64,000 nt of DNA from Bacteroidales bacterium (GTDB lineage Bacteria; Bacteroidota; Bacteroidia; Bacteroidales; VadinHA17). Location of the stretch: the NCBI GenBank assembly GCA_041740815.1, contig JBGSLG010000157.1, positions 20,015-84,014 of the forward strand, given 5' to 3'. Below are positions 54,308 through 62,154 of this stretch, piece by piece; positions within the stretch are counted from its first letter, which is position 1; the number at the start of each line of letters is the position of its first letter. Under the pieces are notes generated by a model. The model worked only from the letters and a program-made list of their open reading frames with translations. It was not told the DNA's origin and ran no database searches. Made by a program: the position numbers and the translations under genes.

Positions 54308-55438
54308 ATGACACCCATGATAACGCACGCATTCCTGCAAGACTACTGGTGGATGATAATATCACTTCTCGCCGGTCTCCTCGTGTTCCTTATGTTTGTC
54401 CAGGGCGGACAGTCGTTTATCTTTTCGCTGCCGCGAAACGAGGTGCAGCGCACGATGCTTGTCAATGCCCTTGGCAGAAAATGGGAGTTCACCTTCACCA
54501 CCCTCGTCACCTTCGGCGGGGCCTTCTTTGCCTCCTTTCCACTCTTCTATGCCACCAGCTTTGGCGGTGCTTACTGGGTATGGATGGCAATCCTCTTCAG
54601 CTTCATCATCCAGGCTGTGGCCTACGAGTTCAGGTCAAAGCCCTCGAACGTGTTTGGCACCAGGGTCTTTGATACCTTTCTTTTCATCAACGGCTGTCTC
54701 GGCCCCTTCCTTATAGGTGTTGCTGTGGCAACATTTTTCACGGGATCTGACTTCACCCTTGACCTTTTCAACAGCGTGACATGGGGTACCGGGTGGCATG
54801 GGCTGGAGGCGCTGTTAAACCCTGTAAACCTCATGCTGGGCTTTGCCGTGCTGTTCCTGGCACGGGTACTGGGCCTGATGTACCTCAGGAACAGCATTGA
54901 TGACGCAGAGCTGAGCGCCTCAATCAAGAGGGCGCTGGCAAGGAATGCGGTTCCCTTCCTTGTCTTCTTCCTGGCTTTTGTGGCCTTTATCCTTCTGGCT
55001 GAAGGGTACAGGGCCGACGGCGTTACGGGAGAGGTTACGCTTGTGAAGCATCATTACCTTCACAATCTTCTGGGTAATCCCCTGACGCTGATCCTGTTTC
55101 TTGCCGGTGTGGTGCTTGTGCTCATTGCACTCTGGCTTGGCGCTGTGAAGGGCTCCGGGCGGGCCATATGGTATGCAGGCGCAGGCACGGTACCGGTGGT
55201 GATGGCTCTCTTCTTCATGGCCGGTTACGGCGAGACTGCCTTCTATCCTTCATCAGCAGACCTGCAGAGCTCGCTGACACTGGCAAAGTCATCATCAAGC
55301 CGGTTCACACTCAACACGATGATGTACGTCTCATTTATTATTCCTTTTGTGCTGGCATATATATGGTTTGCGTGGAGATCAATTGACAGGAAGAATATCA
55401 CAGCCGAAGAGATGTCCGGGGATGATCATAAGTATTGA
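54308..55438 (+). CDS. cydB: Cytochrome bd oxidase subunit II
   Basis: 376 aa with 8-9 TM helices. LQDYWWMIISLL N-terminus typical of CydB. Starts 12 nt after cydA. Confidence 0.9.
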   Translation: MTPMITHAFLQDYWWMIISLLAGLLVFLMFVQGGQSFIFSLPRNEVQRTMLVNALGRKWEFTFTTLVTFGGAFFASFPLFYATSFGGAYWVWMAILFSFIIQAVAYEFRSKPSNVFGTRVFDTFLFINGCLGPFLIGVAVATFFTGSDFTLDLFNSVTWGTGWHGLEALLNPVNLMLGFAVLFLARVLGLMYLRNSIDDAELSASIKRALARNAVPFLVFFLAFVAFILLAEGYRADGVTGEVTLVKHHYLHNLLGNPLTLILFLAGVVLVLIALWLGAVKGSGRAIWYAGAGTVPVVMALFFMAGYGETAFYPSSADLQSSLTLAKSSSSRFTLNTMMYVSFIIPFVLAYIWFAWRSIDRKNITAEEMSGDDHKY

Positions 55439-55538
55439 TCATTAAGGCGTGAAGCACACAAGGGTTGGCGCCATGCAGGCCTGAAGGAGGAGAGGGGGCA
55501 GGTGAGGAGGGTTGAGCCCTGATGAGATAAGCGGTTTT

Positions 55539-55703
55539 CTGCAACTAAACCTTACCGGGTGATTCCTTGCGGCGCCGGAGCAGGAGATATGTGGCGAGCT
55601 GCAGCTAAACCTCAACGGCTGATTCCTTCTGCCGCCGGAGCAGTAAATATGTGGTAAGCTGCAGCTAAACCTCAACGGCTGATTCCTTCTGCCGCCGGAG
55701 CAG
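55539..55703. repeat. 60-bp tandem repeat x2.75; the last unit encodes the C-terminus and stop codon of pssA
   Basis: Units run 55539-55598, 55599-55658 and 55659-55703. Units 2 and 3 are identical over the first 45 nt (CTGCAGCTAAACCTCAACGGCTGATTCCTTCTGCCGCCGGAGCAG). Unit 1 is diverged. Confidence 0.9.
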
Positions 55704-56381
55704 GTTGGAAACAACAGAAATTATTATATAGGCTGCCATGATCAGAGGCAGTGAGGCGAACTTCAGGATGAGGAAGAGCAGAACGGCAACGGCGGCGAAG
55801 ATCCAGCGCTCCTCGTTTCCCTTCCATCCCAGGCTGGCGAACTTCAGAGAAAACATCCTGGTATTTATAAGCATCATCACTGCAAGGAAGACTGACAACA
55901 GGGCTATGAACCAGGGCGAACCAACCATTGTATCAAACAGATGATAGTCAGTGTAGGCCGAGGCAATCACCACCGACACAACAGTGAAAGCACTTGCCGG
56001 TGTGGCCAGTCCCCTGAAGGAGGTTGCCTGGGTGGTGTCATTGTTGAATTTTGCGAGCCTCAGTGCCGAGGCAACCGGGATCAGTGAGGCGATGATGAAT
56101 GCCGGTACTGAATCAAGGCCGCCTGACATGAGCAGGTTGTGGACGATGGCGCCAGGAGCAACACCGAATGTGACAACGTCAGCAAGACTGTCGAGGTCCC
56201 TGCCGAGGTCGGAATATGCTTTCAGCAGCCTTGCTGCAAATCCGTCAGAAAAATCGAGCAGTGCCCCGACTATGATGCAGAATGCCGCATACTCAATGTA
56301 ACCATTTATAGCATAGATAGTTGCAGCAAATCCAGCAACCAGGTTCAGGAGCGTAAGTGAGTTTGGAATGTGTTTTATCAT
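55665..56381 (-). CDS. pssA: CDP-diacylglycerol-serine O-phosphatidyltransferase
   Basis: CDP-alcohol phosphotransferase motif DGFAARLLKAYSDLGRDLDSLADVV (D-G-x2-A-R-x8-G-x3-D-x3-D). Multi-TM. 238 aa. Confidence 0.9.
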   Translation of the reverse strand: MIKHIPNSLTLLNLVAGFAATIYAINGYIEYAAFCIIVGALLDFSDGFAARLLKAYSDLGRDLDSLADVVTFGVAPGAIVHNLLMSGGLDSVPAFIIASLIPVASALRLAKFNNDTTQATSFRGLATPASAFTVVSVVIASAYTDYHLFDTMVGSPWFIALLSVFLAVMMLINTRMFSLKFASLGWKGNEERWIFAAVAVLLFLILKFASLPLIMAAYIIISVVSNLLRRQKESAVEV

Positions 56382-56453
56382 AGCTTATTCAGAGGTGGGG
56401 TAAAATTACAATATTCCGGACAACTATTATTTGTTTATTTTTGCATCTGGATT

Positions 56454-56876
56454 ATGAGAGATCTCACAAACATCAAGATTGCTGTCGACTTTGACGGAAC
56501 CATTGTGGACCATGAGTACCCGGCCATCGGCAAAGAGGTGCTTTTTGCCTTCATCACCCTGAAGGAGTTGCAGAAGAGGGGTGCGTTGCTTATCCTCTGG
56601 ACTTTCCGTACCGGCAGGGAGTTGCAGGAGGCGGTGGACTACTGCAGGCAGAACGGCATTGAGTTTTACGCGGTCAATAAAAACTATCCGGAGGAGCAGT
56701 GGACTGCCGAGACGCCGCGCAAGGTGAATGTAGACATCTTCATTGACGATAAGAATGTCGGAGGCTTTCCCGGCTGGGGAGAGGTGCTGAACATGATTGA
56801 CCCCTGGTCTGAGCGTGAGGAGCAGGCAATGCGTGCAATCAAAACCAGGCGTTTCAGCCTGTTCGGGAAGAAGTAA
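56454..56876 (+). CDS. Small HAD-like (DxD) hydrolase-fold protein
   Basis: KIAVDFDGTIVDHEYPAIG is a motif I-like DxDGT. 140 aa from ATG 56454, which lies 10 nt after TATTTTTG (56436-56443). The track's upstream extension overlaps the pssA promoter region. Confidence 0.6.
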   Translation: MRDLTNIKIAVDFDGTIVDHEYPAIGKEVLFAFITLKELQKRGALLILWTFRTGRELQEAVDYCRQNGIEFYAVNKNYPEEQWTAETPRKVNVDIFIDDKNVGGFPGWGEVLNMIDPWSEREEQAMRAIKTRRFSLFGKK

Positions 56877-56886
56877 TTATCTGCGG

Positions 56887-58071
56887 ATGATACAATTTAC
56901 AAACCATAGTGCAGCGTTCGGGTCACGGTCCCGGATTTACGATCCTGCCGGCAAAACGCAAATAGCCCTTTTGCTTATCCTTTTTGTGATTGTGGCGATG
57001 ATCTCCTGCTCGGGATCACCAGGCACCGGCAATAATAAGCCAGCCGGCTCTTCTGTCAGCAGCGAGGCTGCGGACACCCGGCCTTCGAAGAGACTCATAG
57101 AGGTTCTCTCACCTGCTGACAACTCAACGCTTTCATGCACTGACAGGATCGTCTTTTCCGTTGCGCTGGCTGCAGGCCAGCCGAAGGCTGATTCCGTACA
57201 GCTATGGGTTGACGGCCGGCTGGCCAGGACTCTCACTACCCTGCCGGCAACGGCCGAGCTTGACGCTGCCGGCACTCCGGGAAGAATATCACTGCGTGCC
57301 GTGGCATACTCATCACTCACCAGGCCCCAGACCATAACGCTTTTTGTCACTGCGCTCTCAGATATTACTCCGGTGATATACCGGCACCGCGTGGTGAAGT
57401 CTTATCCGCATGACAGGCGGGCATATACGCAGGGACTGGTCTTTGATGACGGGTTCTTCTATGAAGGTACCGGGCAGCAGGGCGAATCGTCACTTAGAAA
57501 AGTGGAGGCGGAGACGGGCAGGGTGATCAGCCAGGTCAACCTCGACGGCTCCCTCTTCGGTGAGGGGGTGGCGATCCTCGGTGAACGCATCTATCAGCTC
57601 ACCTGGACCACCAAGGTGGGTTTCGTCTATGAGAAAGAAACACTGAAACAGATCAACCGTATCTATTACCAGACTCAGGGATGGGGGCTCACAACGATGG
57701 GCGACAGCCTTGTGATGAGTGACGGGACCAATGTGATATGGTTTCTCGACTCTGATTTCAACGTGCTCTCCTCGGTTGAGGTGTTTGACAACAAGGGGAT
57801 GGTGGATAATCTCAATGAGCTTGAGATGATTGACGGGGAGCTATGGGCAAACATCTGGCAGACAGACAGGATAGCCCGAATTGACCCGTTGTCAGGCAAG
57901 GTTCTGGGGTATGTTGAACTCAACAACCTGCTGCCCCGCGAACAGCGATCACAGGAGACCGACGTGCTCAACGGAATTGCTTGGGATTCAGGGAAGAGAC
58001 GACTGTTCGTGACAGGCAAGTACTGGCCCCTCCTCTTTGAAATCACTGTCGCTCCGCTGGCCCGCAACTGA
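56887..58071 (+). CDS. Glutaminyl-peptide cyclotransferase (beta-propeller type) lipoprotein with N-terminal Ig-like domain
   Basis: Lipobox (VAMISCSGS). YTQGLVFDDGFFYEGTGQQGESSLRKVEAETGRV...WGLT...ELEMIDGELWANIW matches plant/bacterial-type glutamine cyclotransferase. Start taken at ATG 56887. Confidence 0.8.
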   Translation: MIQFTNHSAAFGSRSRIYDPAGKTQIALLLILFVIVAMISCSGSPGTGNNKPAGSSVSSEAADTRPSKRLIEVLSPADNSTLSCTDRIVFSVALAAGQPKADSVQLWVDGRLARTLTTLPATAELDAAGTPGRISLRAVAYSSLTRPQTITLFVTALSDITPVIYRHRVVKSYPHDRRAYTQGLVFDDGFFYEGTGQQGESSLRKVEAETGRVISQVNLDGSLFGEGVAILGERIYQLTWTTKVGFVYEKETLKQINRIYYQTQGWGLTTMGDSLVMSDGTNVIWFLDSDFNVLSSVEVFDNKGMVDNLNELEMIDGELWANIWQTDRIARIDPLSGKVLGYVELNNLLPREQRSQETDVLNGIAWDSGKRRLFVTGKYWPLLFEITVAPLARN

Positions 58072-58172
58072 CCGGTTCTGCGGGCATCTTCATGTTGAAA
58101 ACGTGTTAATAAACCCGGGCAAAATGTTTACAATAACATACAGTGCCGGTTATCCGGCATAGGCAATAAGTG

Positions 58173-58180
58173 TAAATTTG
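58173..58180 (+). promoter_or_regulatory. Putative -7 box (TAAATTTG) for parAB
   Basis: Exact TAnnTTTG match 32 nt upstream of the parA ATG. Confidence 0.35.
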
Positions 58181-58212
58181 AGGCTCATTAAATTAAGGAA
58201 AAAAGGGATCAT

Positions 58213-58995
58213 ATGTCAAGGATAATAGCACTTGCCAATCAGAAGGGAGGAGTAGGAAAGACGACTACGGCAATCAATCTGGCCGCAAGCCTGGCAGCGC
58301 TTGAAAAGAAGGTGCTGATTGTTGATGCCGACCCGCAGGCCAACGCCACATCGGGGGTAGGCATTGACCAGAAACAGGTGAAACTGACCGTATACGACTG
58401 TCTGATTGACGGGGCCAATCCCCGCGAGGCAGTGATACCATGCAGCATAGAACATCTCTCAATCATACCCTCGAATATTGACCTGGTGGGAGCGGAGATA
58501 GAGATGCTTGAGAGACCGGAGAGGGAGAAGACCCTCAAGAAGGTACTCGCGGCTATTGCTTCAGATTACGATTATATTCTGATAGACTGCTCACCGTCGC
58601 TCGGCCTGCTCACTGTCAACGCGCTCACCGCCGCTGACTCGGTGATAATACCGGTGCAGTGTGAGTACTTCGCACTTGAAGGGCTGGGCAAGCTGCTCAA
58701 CACAATCAAGATCATCCAGACCAACCTTAACCCGGCGCTGGAGATAGAGGGTTTTCTCCTGACGATGTATGACTCACGCCTGCGTCTTGCAAACCAGGTG
58801 GTGGATGAGGTCACCCGTCATTTTCAGCAGATGGTATTCAATACAATCATCCAGCGAAACGTCAAGCTTTCGGAGGCACCCAGTTACGGGCAGCCGGCCA
58901 TACTCTACGATGCCGAATCGAGGGGTACGGTTAACTATCTCAACCTTGCCCGTGAATTGCTCGAGAGGGTGGAGGCCAGGCAGAAGAACCAATAA
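58213..58995 (+). CDS. parA: Chromosome partitioning ATPase ParA/Soj
   Basis: Deviant Walker A NQKGGVGKTT, VLIVDADPQ and ILIDCSPSLG motifs. 260 aa. Confidence 0.93.
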   Translation: MSRIIALANQKGGVGKTTTAINLAASLAALEKKVLIVDADPQANATSGVGIDQKQVKLTVYDCLIDGANPREAVIPCSIEHLSIIPSNIDLVGAEIEMLERPEREKTLKKVLAAIASDYDYILIDCSPSLGLLTVNALTAADSVIIPVQCEYFALEGLGKLLNTIKIIQTNLNPALEIEGFLLTMYDSRLRLANQVVDEVTRHFQQMVFNTIIQRNVKLSEAPSYGQPAILYDAESRGTVNYLNLARELLERVEARQKNQ

Positions 58996-59010
58996 TTGCT
59001 TATCCGCACA

Positions 59011-59898
59011 ATGAACACAGCCAAAAAGAGCCCGCTGGGCAGAGGTCTAGGCGCCCTGATTGATGGTGTTGAGAAAGAGGCACTTGAGAAGAAGGTTGAG
59101 GCCAACCTCCAGATTGATATCAACTCCATTGACGTCAATCCATTTCAGCCGCGCACACGGTTCGACAGCCAGTCGCTCGAAGAGCTGGCTGCTTCCATCC
59201 GGCAGGTGGGCATCGTGGTGCCCCTCACAGTCAGGGAGACAGCCGAAGGACGTTACCAGCTCATTGCCGGTGAACGCAGGCTTCGCGCTGCGCGAATGGC
59301 AGGCCTCACGCATGTCCCGGCATATATCCGCACAGCTGATGACACGGCTATGCTTGAGATGGCGCTCGTGGAGAATATCCAGAGAGAAGATCTTGATGCC
59401 ATTGAGGTGGCCATCACCTACCAGCGCCTCATAGAAGAGTGCAGCCTCACACAGGAGCAGCTGAGCGACAGGGTGGGCAAACAGCGCTCCACCGTTGCCA
59501 ACTACATGCGTCTGCTGCGCCTGCCTGCAGAGATACAGCTCGGCATCCGCAACAGAAACCTCTCCATGGGCCATGCCCGCACACTGGTTAATATTGAAGA
59601 CCCCGGCAAACAGATCAATGTATTCTATCATATAATTGAGGAAGACCTGTCAGTCAGGGCCACAGAGGAGCTGGTGAGGCATCTCCAGAGTCCGTCCGTG
59701 AAGGACCCCGTCAGGGTGGAGAAGAAAAAGAGGCTCAAAACAGAGTACGACGAGCTCGCCCAGCAGCTCAGCAGCCTCTTCCGGTCGGAAGTACAGTTCC
59801 GCATCAACGAAAAGGGAAGAGGCAAAATAGTCATCCCATTCGGTGACAGCGATGAGATGGAGCGCATAATAGCTTTGCTCGATAAACTTAACAGGTAA
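59011..59898 (+). CDS. parB: Chromosome partitioning protein ParB/Spo0J
   Basis: LGRGLGALI, ParB box QLIAGERRLRAA and HTH (TQEQLSDRVGKQRSTVANYMRLL). Start taken at ATG 59011. Confidence 0.93.
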   Translation: MNTAKKSPLGRGLGALIDGVEKEALEKKVEANLQIDINSIDVNPFQPRTRFDSQSLEELAASIRQVGIVVPLTVRETAEGRYQLIAGERRLRAARMAGLTHVPAYIRTADDTAMLEMALVENIQREDLDAIEVAITYQRLIEECSLTQEQLSDRVGKQRSTVANYMRLLRLPAEIQLGIRNRNLSMGHARTLVNIEDPGKQINVFYHIIEEDLSVRATEELVRHLQSPSVKDPVRVEKKKRLKTEYDELAQQLSSLFRSEVQFRINEKGRGKIVIPFGDSDEMERIIALLDKLNR

Positions 59899-59936
59899 TT
59901 AGTTATATTTGCCGGCAAACACTAATTGTTTGCCCT

Positions 59937-60566
59937 TTGGAGCTGTTCAGCAAAATAGTATTCCTGATTATTTTTTCCTCTTTCATGACCTGCGGCCTGC
60001 AATCTCAGGACACTATTCCCGTTAGTAAAGAGAGGGTCCGCAGATATACAATTGACCCTGTCAGATCAACAATGTATGCAGCAGCTCTTCCCGGCCTTGG
60101 CCAGATTTACAACCGCAAGTACTGGAAGGTGCCGATAGTCTATGCAGGATTCGGTGCCCTGGGTTATGCAGTCACCTTAAACACAAAGAATTACAACGAG
60201 ATAATAACAGCCTACCAGGATTTCAAAGACATTATTCCCGAGACTGACAGCTATCTTGATCTGCTTGTAAACCAGGACCCTGCACAGTATGACCCCGTCC
60301 TTCACCCGGAGACCTACAACCCCTCAACAGAAGCATGGGTGAGTAACACACTGCTTAACGGGGTTGAATATTACCGCAAATACCGTGACCTGTCGTATAT
60401 TGGCATAGCGGCATGGTATCTTTTTACAATAATTGACGCCCATGTTGATGGAAGCCTCTTCGACTACGATATCAGTGACGACCTGAAAGCCTCCGTGCTT
60501 CCTGTCTCCACATCATTTGCAGGCATATCACCGGGAATTACAATTGCAATTACAAGAAATTTTTAA
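59937..60566 (+). CDS. DUF5683-type membrane/periplasmic protein conserved downstream of parB
   Basis: The MYAAALPGLGQIYNRKYWKVPIVYAGFG motif as I recall it for DUF5683. TTG start. TATATTTG -7 box at 59904-59911. Confidence 0.6.
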   Translation: MELFSKIVFLIIFSSFMTCGLQSQDTIPVSKERVRRYTIDPVRSTMYAAALPGLGQIYNRKYWKVPIVYAGFGALGYAVTLNTKNYNEIITAYQDFKDIIPETDSYLDLLVNQDPAQYDPVLHPETYNPSTEAWVSNTLLNGVEYYRKYRDLSYIGIAAWYLFTIIDAHVDGSLFDYDISDDLKASVLPVSTSFAGISPGITIAITRNF

Positions 60567-60572
60567 AAACTG

Positions 60573-62141
60573 ATGACGATGAATCTAAAAACAATAATCC
60601 TTCCACTTTTTCTTTCACTCTTTAGCCTTTCTGTATCTGCAGTAAATGATACCATAATAATAAAAAACGATGATTCCACCGAACGCATAGAGCGTGATCT
60701 CGACAGCCTGCTGAACAACTGGTTCATCCAGATGTCAGTAGCCAGGGCTGAGTTCACTCCGGTGGATTCAACCATTCCCGAGTTCAGCGACACCATCTAC
60801 AAGGACCGCATAGGCAGGATCAATTCCGTCATTCTGCTGCCATATAACAACATCATCAGAAGCCATATACATGTCTATACCCAGAGAAAGCTTGACAGGT
60901 TCCAGGTAATGCTGGGGCTGCAGGATTACTATTTCCCCATGATAGAGGATATATTTGACTACTATGGCCTCCCGGTGGAGCTGAAATACATGGCTGTAAT
61001 TGAATCTGCCCTCAATCCCAACGCAGTCAGCCGCGTAGGAGCAACGGGTCTGTGGCAGTTCATGTACAGCACCGGACGCATGTACGGACTGACAATCAAC
61101 TCGGTGGTTGACGAGCGCCGTGACCCGGTGAAGGCGACACATGCCGCCGCCAGGTACCTGAAGGATCTTTATGGAATATACAACGACTGGATTCTTGTCA
61201 TTGCAGCCTATAACTGCGGTCCGGGCAACGTCAACAAAGCGATACGCAGGTCAGGCAACCGCAAGGATTATTGGGAGATATACTACCGTCTTCCCCGTGA
61301 GACCCGCGGATACATCCCTCAGTACGTGGCTGCTGCCTATGCCATGAACTATTACCGTGAGCATAAGATCACACCGGTGCAGATAAACCTCCCCCTGGCC
61401 ATTGATACTGTCATGATCTCCCAGGACATCCATCTTGAGCAGATAGCCGCTGTCCTTGGCCTTCCTCTTGAGGAGCTCAGGGCCATGAACCCGCAGTACC
61501 GTACCGGCCTCGTCCCCGGCAGAAGCAAGCCCAGCGCCATCACGCTCCCCGTTGACCGGCTGGGTGACTTTATCGCAATGACTGACACCATTACCGGGTA
61601 CAGGAGAGAGCAGTACCTCACCAGGGTCAACCAGACATCAAACCCGGTGCAGTCGGCCTACAGTCCCCCTGATGTCAAGGGTAAGACAACCCTGACCTAT
61701 GTGGTGAAGGACGGCGATAACCTGGGATTCATCTCGGAATGGTATGATGTGAGTCTATCAGATCTGAGATACTGGAATAATATCTATCGCAATACAATCA
61801 GGATAGGACAGAAGCTTACTATCCACATTGACCCTGCCAAAGCCGAAAGGTACAGCAAGATCAATACAATGAGCTACGCCGATAAACAGAAGCTGGAGGG
61901 GAAGGTCGTCGCTTCAGTCTCCGGGAGCACCCTGGCATCCTCCGGTACGGTCACTGCATCATCGTCATCTTCTTCTGACGGCGAATTTGACCTCTATACC
62001 GTCCGGTACGGTGACACCGTCTGGGATATTGCCAAGAAGTTTGACGGGGTATCCGCCACTGATATTTTGAGACTGAATAATATCTCCGACGCGTCCAGAA
62101 TACAGGTGGGGCAGAGGCTGAGAATCAGGAAAAAAAGCTGA
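60573..62141 (+). CDS. MltD-like lytic murein transglycosylase with two C-terminal LysM domains
   Basis: SLT catalytic block AVIESALNPNAVSRVGATGLWQFM...AAYNCGPGNV. LysM modules (YVVKDGDNLGFISEWYDVSLSDLRYWNN; YTVRYGDTVWDIAKKFDGVSATDILRLNN). Confidence 0.88.
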   Translation: MTMNLKTIILPLFLSLFSLSVSAVNDTIIIKNDDSTERIERDLDSLLNNWFIQMSVARAEFTPVDSTIPEFSDTIYKDRIGRINSVILLPYNNIIRSHIHVYTQRKLDRFQVMLGLQDYYFPMIEDIFDYYGLPVELKYMAVIESALNPNAVSRVGATGLWQFMYSTGRMYGLTINSVVDERRDPVKATHAAARYLKDLYGIYNDWILVIAAYNCGPGNVNKAIRRSGNRKDYWEIYYRLPRETRGYIPQYVAAAYAMNYYREHKITPVQINLPLAIDTVMISQDIHLEQIAAVLGLPLEELRAMNPQYRTGLVPGRSKPSAITLPVDRLGDFIAMTDTITGYRREQYLTRVNQTSNPVQSAYSPPDVKGKTTLTYVVKDGDNLGFISEWYDVSLSDLRYWNNIYRNTIRIGQKLTIHIDPAKAERYSKINTMSYADKQKLEGKVVASVSGSTLASSGTVTASSSSSSDGEFDLYTVRYGDTVWDIAKKFDGVSATDILRLNNISDASRIQVGQRLRIRKKS

Positions 62142-62154
62142 TTAATAATAGACT

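Noticed and set aside
55442-55714. 90-aa minus-strand ORF with an internally repeated peptide; also considered a mini CRISPR array
   Set aside because: The repeated peptide is just the 60-bp tandem repeat read out of frame. It is not a CRISPR array: the units are contiguous with no unique spacers, there are fewer than three copies, no cas genes are present, and one unit is the 3' end of pssA.
56370-56886. Upstream extensions of the HAD-like gene (from 56370) and the glutaminyl cyclase gene (from 56797)
   Set aside because: The first would overlap the pssA start and promoter region, and a TAnnTTTG box precedes the internal ATG at 56454. The second overlaps the 3' end of the previous gene, and the ATG at 56887 gives a proper lipoprotein signal.
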